64,000 nucleotides of DNA, taken from Eledone cirrhosa (Eukaryota). This document shows, piece after piece, positions 25,564-37,436 of the stretch. Within the stretch, counting starts at the first letter, position 1; each line of letters starts with the position of its first letter. The translations under genes and the position numbers were made by a program. The notes under the pieces are model-generated. The model did not search any database and was not told where the DNA came from. It saw only the letters and a list, made by a program, of their open reading frames with translations. Location of the stretch: assembly GCA_964016885.1 (NCBI GenBank), contig OZ024754.1:18786001-18850000 (forward strand), given 5' to 3'.

Positions 25564-28500
25564 ATGGACATATTAAGAGTAGGATGTTTAAATGTTCGAG
25601 GCCTGGGATCGTCCTGGAAGCAGGGTCACCTGTTCAATGACCTCAGGTCTCGAGAAATGGATGTAATTGCCGTCAGCGATACCAGGATTTCCGACACGCG
25701 CGCACTAGCCCCCATTTTCGACGACTATCAGATCTTTGCATCTGTTAGCCAGCCGGGAATGGGAGGCTGAGTGGCAGTGCTGTTTAGGAAAGACCTGGAT
25801 ATCGAGGTAAGGTCGATCTTCCGGGACCCGGAAGTGATGTTGGTGGTCCTGGACGTGAACAATAACGAAGGTGGTGCCTTTAGACTGGTGGCCGTCTATG
25901 CTCCTACTGGAGCAGGACGGCCGGACTTCTTTAGACGCCTGGAAGCCTTTCTGGACACGTCTTGCTCTTTACTGTTAGCGAGGGACTGGAACGGCATCTT
26001 AGACGCACGCTGGGACTGTGTGGGAGTATCCGATAGGTGCGGGGGGTGCAAAAGCCTCAAGAACCTGATCAGCCAGTTCCAAATGTCTGACAGGTACCGA
26101 CTAGATTTCCCTAATGCGCCAGTGTGGACCTGGGCTAACCGCATAGGGTCATCTAGATCGTATATAGACAGGATATTCATTAGGAAAATAGACAGAAATA
26201 GTGTAAGCTGTCCACGTTTTGAAACGGTCGCCTATTCAGATCACAAGTTTGTGATCTGTATGGTCGACCTAGATAAGACGCGTAGGTGAGGACCTGGTTA
26301 CTGGCAGCTAAACATGTCATTTCCGGCACGTAAGGCTTACAGGGACCAGGTCAACAATTTAGTTAAGAAAAAGTTGACAGGGGGAGTCGTCAACAATAGA
26401 TGGTGGGGGGTGGGGGGCTCTCAAGAGAGAGAATAAAGTAATGTCGATAGAGTTTAGCAAAGAAGTAGCGTTAGCAAAAAATAGAAAGGAAGGGAAGTTG
26501 GTAGATAAGTTAGACGAGGCTATTGGTAGTGGCATTGCAACTGACGTGCTAGCGGCGAGAATGGCATTAGACCATTTCTTCAATGCGAAACACGAAGGTT
26601 GCATTGTCAGAGCTAAGGCGCGTGCTCTGAGAAACGAGGGAACCATAGCTGTTCGATGGGCCCGCGTGACAGAGGCGCAGCGTGGTAATAAAACCACGAT
26701 TCGGTCTTTGACGGACCAAGACGGACACGAGCTGAGCGATTCCAAGCGGATGGGTGAGGCCTTTCGCCAACATTTTGCTCCGTTGTTCGGGGGAAGTGGC
26801 GGGTCAGAGATGGTGGCGAACTTCAGTCCCTACCTCGAAGGCTTGCCGCAACTCTCGACGGCTGACGCTGGGCACTGCGAAAGGCCAATTACTTCAGCCG
26901 AGATTCAGGATGCCCTTGTCAGCTGCATGAGGCGCAAGTCACCCGGTTTGGATGGTCTGCCCTACGAGCTTTATGTAAATATGCCAGACTTGTTCTCCAA
27001 TCTCCTCGAAGCCCTCTACTGCAACTGGCAACAAAACGGGAGTATTCCCAGTTCTGTGAGCCGGGGTGTGGTGACGCTGATAAGGAAAGACGAGAACAAG
27101 AGGGACACATTAGACAATTTCAGGCCCATAACTCTTCTCAACACAGAGTTTAATATTTTGGCCAGGGTGTTAGCGAAGAGGTTGGCGCTTGTCGTCGGGT
27201 ATTTGGGTGGGGAGGTGCAAACTTGCGCAATCCCAACCAGATCCATACACGACAACCTCCACCTAATGCGATACATCATAGAGAGGGTATGGTGTAAACC
27301 TGGCTTCGGTGGGGCTCTTATCAATTTAGCTCAATCGAAAGCATTCGATAGGGTCGACCATCAGTACCTGGAGGCTGTCTTCAAGGCGGCTGGCTTCGGC
27401 CCCGTCTTCAGAAGCTGGATCGTTGCAATGCACAGCGGCACCTGCTCGATGGTCAAAATTAATGGCCACCTCTCGGAACCGTTTTAGGTCTCCCGATTGG
27501 TCCGTCAAGGGTACCCTCTCTCCTCCCTTCTCTACGTATTGACTCTCGAGCCTTTACTGCGGAAGCTGGAGCTGTTGCAGGGCATCCCGCTCGAACCGAG
27601 ACGCGGAAAGGCTGTGTCGGCTTATGCGGACGACATCACCGTGATGGTGTCGGACACCTCAGAAATCGAGGTGGTCGGCAACTTATTGGAGGAATATGAA
27701 AGGTTGACGGGAGCAAAACTTAACCCGGAAAAGTCGGTGGGCTTGCAACTCGGCACCTGGAGAGGAAAGTCCATGCCATCCAACAGCGTCGTTAGGCTTG
27801 GACGGACGGACCGGTAAAGTTGCTAGGGGTTTGGTTCGGGCCAGACCTCCAGGTGGATAAGAATTGGGACAAGGTGACGGGCAGGGTAGCCAGTCTCACC
27901 CAGAAATGGGCTGGGATGAAGCTATCACTGAAAGGTCGGGCGGAGGTGGCGAACGCGTACATCGCGTCCGTCATCTACTACCGTCTGACCGTCGTCCCTT
28001 GCCCCCGTTGTGCCTCGCCATCTTGGAGCGGCTCCTCTTCAAATTCTTGTGGAGAGGTCAGGTTCCGCTGGTGAGGCGGTCCATCTGCTGCCAGCACCCT
28101 CTACGTGGAGGGCTGGGCATGCCGTGGCTAATGATGCGTAGGCATCCGCTGAGGCTGCGGCATCTCCAGATATTCTGCCTAAACGGTAAACAGGTGTGGT
28201 CGTCGTTAGTCAGACGGGCCTTTCCGCAGCTCGTTTCTTTGACTGAGCTGCAGTCCTGGGTCAAGAAGAGACCGAGACTGGGTGACTGGCATCTGGAATG
28301 TTGCCAGGCATTCACTGCCCTCTACCAGGCGGGCAATGCGGTCAGTGGAACTTCCACTCTCGAGTTCTATAGTGGTGGGCAAGTGCGACGACGCACTCGG
28401 AGAGGCTCTGGGAGTCAACGAAGTCGAACTAACCAGTCTGTACCGGAGGACTTTCGAGCCGGGGACGATGGATAATTTCCAAATATCCCTCGCTTGGCAG

Positions 28501-28987
28501 TGCTAACGGGGGGCACTGCCGGTTCGAGATAAACTCTACAGGCACGGAAGTGCTGTCAGACGGACCTGCCCGAGATGCGCGCGACGAAACCGTTCTGCAC
28601 GCACTCGTCCAGTGTCCGTGCATTACTGACTTGTGGAGTTATGTTGAACAGCTGTTGTCGCGTGTAGAACGGATCCGGCTATCGGCCGAGTCCATAGTGA
28701 AGATCGACCCGCCGCCTTCTTTTGGCCAGGAAGGGCAGGCAATTTTCCTCTGTCTGGTGGTTGTAGCGAAAGAGGTTGTATGGTGGACGAGGTTGAAAGG
28801 ACTGAAGACAGACACTTTTCTCTTCGGCCAATCCCTCATCAACTTTTTCAAGTTTCACTTGGAAAGGAAGGTGAGGGTGGAGAGAGAAGTGCTGCCCCCC
28901 CCCCCCCCCAGTACATTTGCTGAAAGGTGGTTGAATGTGGCGAGAATGGCTCGTGTGAGTGGGCCTACTCTGGTCATGCGGCTGTAG
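25564..28987 (+). pseudogene. Tx1 ORF2 (APE, RT, Cys-rich), several stops and frameshifts
   Basis: CLNVRGL, VYAP, DWN, SYIDR, SDH; SPGLDGL, NFRPITLLN, QSKAFDRV, RQG.PLS, AYADD; ETVLHALVQC. Confidence 0.92.
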
Positions 28988-29243
28988 GTAGGTAAATTTG
29001 AGGAGGAGAGGGGGTGCCGTTCCAGGGTGCTCTCGAAGCGTCGGGTCGTTCAGGATTGGTGGGGTACCTGAGCGAACCCTGCGTGGTCATCCCCCCCCCC
29101 TATTGGGGAATTTTTCCTTGTTGTAATTTTATTGTTACTTTATTGTTACTTTGTTATTGTTATTCATATTGTTTACTCGATTTTTCTGTCCCAGTCTTTT
29201 GTATTGTCCCCTATATGTCGGCCCTTGTGGCCAATAAATGAAA

Positions 29244-29245
<2 letters not shown>

Positions 29246-29337
<92 letters not shown>
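29246..29337. repeat. (ATT)n microsatellite at Tx1 3' end
   Basis: Direct reading. Confidence 0.95.
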
Positions 29338-29338
<1 letters not shown>

Positions 29339-29731
29339 ACGAGATCGTTTGGTGTGGCCAGACTTAAGTTATTGTGGGATTAAATCTATGAGGGAATAAC
29401 ACAGCATAGCCATCCTGACATTGTGCTGTAGAAGACGATGATAATAACAACGATAACAACAATAACATTCCCCCCACCCACCCCCACCCACCCCAGAAAT
29501 TCATGATTAGAAGCATGCTATGCACCACGGTAGCTATCCTGGGAGGGTGCAGCAGGGTGAGACAGTGAAGACTGTTTTCAGTGAAGACAATAAATGCTAT
29601 AACAGCAACAATGGCTGTGTTCGGAGTGCTTTAGGGAAAAAAAGGATATTATTACACATGAACTTGGCACACCAAAAGACTATTTTGCTTGGAACAACAA
29701 CAACAACAACTACAACTACAACACAATAAAT

Positions 29732-29953
29732 TTTTTTCTAACATTGGCACAAGACCAGCAATCTGGGAGGCAGGGAAAGTCGATCATATCGATTATATCG
29801 ACCTCAGTACTTAACTGATATTTTATTTTATCGACCCTCGATATAAGAATGAAAGGTAAAGTTGACTTCGGAGGGATTCGAACTCAGAATGTAACGGAAT
29901 AAATGCCGCAAAGAATGTCGTTCAACACTCTAACGATTCTGCCAATCCACCAA
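29732..29953 (-). mobile_element. Diverged SINE of the same family as 23156-23340
   Basis: Reverse complement shows GGATTGGCAGAATCGTTAG, GAGTTCGAATCC, CCTTTCATTC..GGGTCGATAAAATAAAA and GGTCTTGTGCCAATGTTAGAAA. Confidence 0.78.
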
Positions 29954-29982
29954 CCTAACACACTAAAAGTCTGTCTTGAAAC

Positions 29983-30235
29983 TGAAGGCTCATCAGGACA
30001 GTGCTTATCTCGGTTTCCGTGGCTTGAAGAAACTGAGAGGACAAGACTCCCCACTGGACAGGGCGCCAGTCCGTCGCAGAGTTAAACCCTCGGCTATTGC
30101 TGTTGGTACTCATTTTCAGCTGAGTACACTGCAGCAACGTAAAATGAAGTGTTTCGTGCCAGAACACAACACACAACCCAGTCCAGGAATCGAACCCAGG
30201 ACATAATGATGGTAAGTCCATGCGCCTCCACTAAA
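29983..30235 (-). mobile_element. Second tRNA-derived SINE family
   Basis: B-box GGTTCGATTCC, core ACTCAGCTGAAAATGAGTACC, then CTGCGACGGACTGGCGCCCTGTCCAG and tail GAAACCGAGATAAGC..CTGATGAGCC. Confidence 0.7.
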
Positions 30236-30599
30236 CCTAACACTAAAATATATAATAAATAATGATTTATTTAATATTCCACCCCCTATCTGTGAAGTCC
30301 TGCGATTTAGTGGTTCGGGTGTTCGGTTTATATGATTAATAGGTTGTGAGTTCGATTCCTGGACTAGAAACAAAAGACTCAATCACTGATGCAAAATATA
30401 CTATCTGTTTCATCCCTCCTGTCTGTTGCACCACTACTATAACAGCTTCTGATCTTCTGAACTAGTTACATACCTCCACCCCTTCCCATTCTCTCAACAC
30501 ACTCCTCTCTTTTCTCATCTTCTCCTCGCCTCACCTTTACCGAGAAGTAGGATAACAAAGCTGAATTTGAAAGAAGTACAGACTGTGATCGAGAGAGGA

Positions 30600-30656
<57 letters not shown>

Positions 30657-30740
30657 GAGTGAGTGAGAAAGAGTGAAAGTGAGAGAGAGAGAGAGGATGG
30701 GGGACAGACAAAGATAGATATGTAGAAAGAGTATAAAAAG

Positions 30741-30783
<43 letters not shown>

Positions 30784-30805
30784 GTATAATAAACAATACA
30801 ATATA

Positions 30806-30883
30806 ATTACCTCATGACCAGAGGTTTCCCGAATAAGACGAATACGAAAAAAACGTCCTCATTCGTTCGTCGGACAAGGCAAT
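30806..30883 (-). ncRNA. Type I hammerhead-like fold with variant core (CCGACGA)
   Basis: ATTGCCTTGT-CCGACGA-A-CGAATGAGGACG..CGTCTTATTCG-G-GAAACC(TCT)GGTC^ATGAGGTAAT; 10-bp stem I with three wobbles, about 11-bp stem II, 3-bp stem III. Confidence 0.68.
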
Positions 30884-31403
30884 ATAAAACAGTGAAATAT
30901 TTGGAAAGTCTCTTCAAGAAATGCAAAAAAAATATATATATAAATAAAAATAATGCAAGAGATATATAAAATATATAAAAAAATATAAGGAAATATAGTT
31001 AGGTGTGTGTATATGTATGTATATACACCCACAAATGTACATATGTATGTATGTACAAATGCGTGTGTATGGTGAAAATGTGTGCGTAAGTACATATATG
31101 AGGGCAAGTATATTTGTGTAAATGTAACCACAAATACGTATATAATATGAGTTGAAAAAGGAAATTGTAAGGTAATATAGTTGACATGTATCCAGATACA
31201 GGTATTAGATACACATACGAGTATGAGAGCACGCGTATAAACACACACACACGCGCGGTCACTTATATGCGGAAGATAAAGAGGGAAGGGAGTATAATAG
31301 TTAAAAGAAAGTGTCATTCTCGATATATGTATAAAAATGAAACAATATATGAGAAAGAAAAACATTTTTAAATGAAAGAGAAAGTAGTCAATTAACACTA
31401 GAG

Positions 31404-31512
31404 AAAAGAAAAAAAAAGAAAAGAAAAGAAAAGAAAAGAAAAGAAAAGAAAAGAAAAGAAAAGAAAAGAAAAGAAAAGAAAAGAAAAGAAAAGAAAAGAA
31501 AAGAAAAGAAAA
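31404..31512. repeat. (AAAAG)n pentanucleotide microsatellite
   Basis: Direct reading. Confidence 0.95.
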
Positions 31513-31923
31513 CAAAACAAACATAGGTACACGCATACATACACATATATCTATGAAAAACATATATCTATAAAAAACATATATCTATAAAAAAATATTT
31601 ATACACGCAAATACGTACAGACAAAAGCGCATACATGCGTACATACATAGGATGCACGTATATATATACATACATATCGCCCCATGTAATGGGGCGATAT
31701 GTATGTATATATATACGTACATCCTATGTATGTATGTACCAAAATAAACGGTAGTGTCCAATCCGTATGAAGAACTCAATGTAATCCAAATATAGAAGAT
31801 ATCATGAAATGAGAAAATGCATTCAAAATTTAACGATAAAAATCATAGGAAAACAGAGTCAAGATAAATTAATAAAAACAATGAAATAAAAACAAAGAAC
31901 AGGTTCCTTATATTGAAAAAAAC

Positions 31924-32065
31924 CATCATTTTACGATCGTTTCTGGGATATATATGTATGTGTTGGTATGTATATCATATTAAAGATCTATGTAAAAAAA
32001 ATATTACAAATTATCAGAGGAGATATACATACCTTCACCTATATATGCCATCTTCAGAAATGATG
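31924..32065 (-). ncRNA. Type I hammerhead with about 100-nt insertion in stem II (left pLTR)
   Basis: CATCATTT-CTGAAGA-TGG...CCA-GAAAC-GATC-GTA^AAATGATG; perfect 8-bp stem I and palindromic ACGATCGT. Confidence 0.82.
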
Positions 32066-32783
32066 AAGTATGTTTATTGTAAGAAACAGTGTTAATAAAA
32101 AAAGTCTGTTTGGGAACAGGTTTTGAATTGACCAATAGAAAAGAGTTAGAGGTCAAGTTGATAGAATAACAGTAGTAGAATTTTATGCTAGGTGTGGAGG
32201 AGTGTAAATTTATGCTTTGAATGAAAAGAATACAGTGGGGATAGAAAGATAGGGGTTAAAATGAGGTCAAGTCAATGAGATAGTGAAGGATTCCCTAAAA
32301 AAATGTTGATGTTATTAAAGAATGCTGTTAAAAGTTAAGGGAAAATAATTTTTTGTGGGATGAGAGTGTTAGTGAGAAATACTACTCCTGTTTAAATTTC
32401 AAGGAACCTAGATATATAAAAGGAAATTAAATTAATTGATAGGTATACTTACATAGTTAAAATTATATTAATTCTTATGAATGTGATAAATAAAGAAGTA
32501 AACAAATTTTTATAGAAAGACTGAAATAGATAAAATTTTACAAATGGTAGTGTATCTATCTAAACATCCATAATATTAAAGATATTAATTATATTTACTA
32601 ATCCTAGGTATTAAATAATCCTAGGTATTAAATAATCCTAGGTATTAAATGTGATAGATAGGAGATGCAGTTAAAAGAAATATAAACCTAATTTTCAAAA
32701 GGATCTCGATTCTACCCTATTGGAGCTAAAAAAAATCTAGTAAAGTCCACGTCCACTCTGACAAAACTGGAAATCTATACCGC

Positions 32784-35098
32784 ATGGATATTGATAATTA
32801 TAATGAGTTCATTTATAAAGAACTCAGGAAAAATTATAAGAAAACAAATAATGCGGCTCTTACCAATATCAACAACAAAACATACAACATAGTAAATAAA
32901 CTCAATATTGAAGCCAGAACTGAACCCTTGGCACTGAAAAAACCACACTTTAACCTGAAGGATCACAAATCTAATTGCAACTCTAATCCTTCTATAAGAC
33001 TTATATTCCCTTCCAAATCTGACATTGGCATCATAAGCAAAACAATTCTGGATAGAATTATCCCACAATTAAAAAAACGCGTTAATTTACCACTCTGGGC
33101 AAACACATCCCAAGTAAATACTTGGTTTACTAATATTGAAAATAAATCCTCTGCTTCATTTCTACAATTCGATATAGATGCATATTATTCCTCTATATCA
33201 CCCATACTCCTAAACAAAGCCTTGATATTTGCAAAAAATAGACCATACTTAACTATGGATGACATCAATATTATCACGCATGATAGACAAACACTACTCG
33301 AATTTCAGAAGGAGTATTGGACCAGAAATACATATAGTAATCTCTTCGATATAACTATGGGCTCTAGTGATTCTGCCTAAATTACCGATCTTGTGGGCCT
33401 TTTTCTTCTATTTAACATTAATTCATCTTTTCCCCACCTTAAAGGTGGTTTATATCGTCATGACTGTCTTCTTCTATCCACTAATCTTAGCCTATCTGAA
33501 ATTGAAATAAATAAAAAACTTATTAGAACTTTCCTCAAAGACTATTATAATCTCACTATCACATTTGTAAACGCCAATAAAATAGTCAATTTCATAGATA
33601 TAACTATGGACATATCCACAGGTATCTACCAACCTTACCATAAACCTAACCAAAACTTGCATTACATACACTCACAACCTAATCACCCTAGATCTATCCT
33701 TAAAAACCTAGCATATAATATCTCACTTAGAATCTCTAACCTTTCATCAAATCATGATGTATTCGATAAAAACGCACCTTTTTATAATGAAGCTTTAGCT
33801 AGAAGCGGCCATAAGAACAAATTAGTCTATATACCTTGCACCAATAATATTTCAAACATACAACCTAATATTACCAACAAACACTAAATGAAAAACCCCC
33901 ACCTAAATGCCACTCATACTACACCTAAAAACACCAACCCAAAACTTAATTTCTCTACCTCTTCTCACATAAAAGATAATGATTTTCAAAAACCATTCAC
34001 CCTAACACTCTTACATATGTCAACAATATAACTAACAACATTCCTAGTAATCAGACCAAAACATATAAATCAATTAATCCAACTAAACCTATATATAATA
34101 AAATCACTAATAGTAACTCTCTCAGTAAACCTCCAGATACATCATATAAATATAAGAAACAATGTCGAAACGTAATAGACGAGTTACTTGGTATAATGCT
34201 CCATTTAATCTACAGAATAAAGACAATATTCCTAAAAAATTCTTTGCTGTCCTAGAGAAAAACTTCCCACCAAACCATAAATACCATCAAATTTTAAATA
34301 GATCTACTGTCAAATTTTCCTACTCCACTACCAAGAATATACAACAGAATATAAGTGCTTACAACGCATATAAGTGTAAAAAACATAAATATACCACCAA
34401 CACATCAAACCAACCATAATAATACTAAAGTAGGCCAAAACAAACCACCTTCTTCTTCACCTATAATAGACTCCACACCAATTTTGACTAATAATCTCCA
34501 AAACAAACAGAACTCTACTAGCTCCACATCCCCTAAACTACCACCCACAAACAACCTGTCTAATCATGCTAATCTAATTACAACCCATTCTAAGCCATAG
34601 AATAATGAAAATAGTATACACTAATACCACTATAGATAACACAATTAACTCTCCTGATACAATATTTACGAATGGCTGTAACTGTAGAATTAAAAGAAAT
34701 TACCCATTAAAGGGAAATTGTCTTATTAATAACATAGTCTATAAATGTGTAATTAGTACTAAGGACTCCACTCAATCCTATATAGGAGCTACGTCTAACC
34801 AATTTAAAGTAAGATTTAATACACTCAAACATAGTTTTAAAAATGCCGCATTAGCTAATACAACCTCCTTGGCTGAAGCAGTTAATAATTACAGAAAGAA
34901 AGATATTGATTACAAACTGACCCGGAGCGCGCTCAAAAGGGCCCTTATCAAAATAGCAGATATGAGTGTAGGTTATGCTCCCAAGAACTATTTGAAATCA
35001 TGAAATCTAATGACATCCTATTAAATAAGCGACAGGAGTTAATTATATCATGCAATCATAGAATTAGAAAAACTTTCAAATATTATAAACTTAATTAA
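32784..35098 (+). pseudogene. PLE RT plus GIY-YIG endonuclease, 5'-truncated and interrupted
   Basis: RLIFPSKSDIGIISK, FDIDAYYSSI, FDITMGS, GLYRHD (YRDD decayed), YHKPN..NHP, CNCR..PL.GNC, IVY..YIG, CRLC..E, LLNKRQEL..CNH. Confidence 0.88.
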
Positions 35099-35834
35099 TA
35101 TATACCTCACTCTTATATTTTACAAATTATTATAATTAATTATAAACATTTTTTTTAAAATTTAGTTTACCTATAATTAGATATTCACTACAAAGAATTT
35201 CATTATTTTATTTCCCTCTTGCAGCTCACTTTACCTAAAGTTATCTTTAACCTCACTACTTCTTTTAATCGCATCCCCTATCATTTAATACCTAGGATTA
35301 GTAAATAAAATTCATATCTTTAATATTATGGATGTTTAGATAGATACACTACTTTTTATAACATTTTATCTATTTCTGTCTTTCTATAAAAAATCTTTTA
35401 CTTCTTTATTTATCACATCCATGAGAATTAATATAATTTTAACTATGTAAGTATACCTATCAATTAATTTAATTTGCTTTTATATATCTAGGTTCCTTGA
35501 AATTTAAACAGGAGTAGTATTTCTCACTAACACTCTCATCCCACAAAAAATTATTTTCCCTTAACTTTTAACAGCATTCTTTAATAACATCAACATTTTT
35601 TTAGGGAATCCTTCACTATCTCATTGACTTGACCTCATTTTAACCCCTATCTTTCTAGCCCCACTGTATTCTTTTCATTCAAAGCATAAATTTACACTCC
35701 TCCACACCTAGCATAAAATTCTACTACTGTTATTCTATCAACTTGACCTCTAACTCTTTTCTATTGGTCAATTCAAAACCTGTTCCCAAACAGACTTTTT
35801 TTTATTAACACTGTTTCTTACAATAAACATACTT

Positions 35835-35976
35835 CATCCTTTCTGAAGATGGCATATATAGGTGAAGGTATGTATATCTCCTCTGATAATTTGTAATATT
35901 TTTTTTACATAGATCTTTAATATGATATACATACCAACACATACATATATATCCCAGAAACGATCGTAAAATGATG
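35835..35976 (+). ncRNA. Type I hammerhead with about 100-nt insertion in stem II (right pLTR)
   Basis: Same as 31924-32065 with one stem I mismatch (CATCCTTT). Confidence 0.8.
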
Positions 35977-36035
35977 GGTTTTTTCAATATAACGAACCTG
36001 TTCTTTCTTTTTATTTCATTGTTTTTATTAATTTA

Positions 36036-36101
<66 letters not shown>

Positions 36102-36106
<5 letters not shown>

Positions 36107-37370
36107 CAATTTAGAAATAAAAAATAAAAAAATAAAAAATATATGATCAACACTACTGTGTTTTTTTTGCAAAATGACAATAATTTTTTAGCCAGGTAGA
36201 AATACCTTAATTCAAGTACATATAGTCCGTCTGTATCGATCTAGAGAATTTTAAATATTAAATCTATACTTACAGACGTAAAATGGCAACTGCCTGGTGC
36301 CAAGACAAGTTTAAATTTCAAAATTCAAACCTTTTCAGCAGATCGGGCAGAACTTCAAAACATAAACCTGTTTCACAAGGGATGTTATACTAATGAAATA
36401 ATTAATTAATTACGGAACAACTATTTATAAAATAATTATTAGTGGAGTAATCAATTTTCTGTGATCAACGGTAGGCACCCAGAAATTAAAATCACTTCTC
36501 CTAAGATAGTATCTTAAGACTGATCTGTCGCAAGCCTAATACATGTGCTTTTGCACACGACCTTCTCAGCATTCTGGCTCATATCCATGGCGCTAGAAAT
36601 AACAGCCGTGAATATGTGATTATGAATTCAGCTCGACCGTAGGAGCAGATAATTTCAGTTTAGTAGTCATTTACAAATATTAAGCTCTAAGAAAAATACT
36701 TCTGAGCATTACATTACAATTTAGAAATAAAAAATAAAAAAATAAAAAATATATGATCAACACTACTGTGTTTTTTTTGCAAAATGACAATAATTTTTTA
36801 GCCAGATAGAAATACCTTAATTCAAGTACATAAATGAGCCAGAATGCTGAGAAGGTTGTGTGCAAAAGCACATGTATTAGGCTTGCGACAGATCAGTCTT
36901 AAGATACTATCTTAGGAGAAGTGATTTTAATTTCTGGGTGCCTACCGTTGATCACAGAAAATTGATTACTCCACTAATAATTATTTTATAAATAGTTGTT
37001 CCGTAATTAATTAATTATTTCATTAGTATAACATCCCTTGGGAAACAGGTTTATGTTTTGAAGTTCTGCCCGATCTGCTGAAAAGGTTTGAATTTTGAAA
37101 TTTAAACTTGTCTAGGCACCAGGCAGTTGCCATTTTACGTCTGTAAGTATAGATTTAATATTTAAAATTCTCTAGATCGATACAGACGGACTATATGTAC
37201 TTGAATTAAGGTATTTCTATCTGGCTAAAAAATTATTGTCATTTTGCAAAAAAAACACAGTAGTGTTGATCATATATTTTTAATTTTTTAATTTTTAATT
37301 TCTAAATTGTAATGTAATTTTCAGAAGTATTTTTCTTAGAGCTTAATATTTGTAAATGACTACTAAACTG

Positions 37371-37372
<2 letters not shown>
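36102..37372. repeat. Nested inverted duplication between (TA)n tracts
   Basis: 36102-36582 is the reverse complement of about 36833-37312, and 36655-36831 is the reverse complement of about 37196-37372. Confidence 0.88.

Positions 37373-37436
<64 letters not shown>

Larger units (their letters stand above)
23369..29245 (+). mobile_element. Full-length L1/Tx1-clade retrotransposon, ATT lineage, decayed
   Basis: 5'UTR, ORF1, ORF2 and 3'UTR with AATAAA; (ATT)n on both flanks (23342-23368 and 29246-29337). Confidence 0.93.
31864..36036 (+). mobile_element. Penelope-like element (Naiad-like) bracketed by about 0.8-kb inverted pLTRs
   Basis: 31864-32679 is the reverse complement of 35260-36036; RT and GIY-YIG lie between them. 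Confidence 0.9.

Noticed and set aside
29983-30020. GAAAC...CTGATGAG on the minus strand, resembling a type II hammerhead
   Set aside because: No stem III or NUH site and no stem I can be formed; it is the 3' tail of a SINE.
34605-35260. Selenocysteine/SECIS, reported for some Naiad PLEs
   Set aside because: The endonuclease cysteines I could read are TGT/TGC with no in-frame TGA at those positions, and I saw no convincing SECIS.
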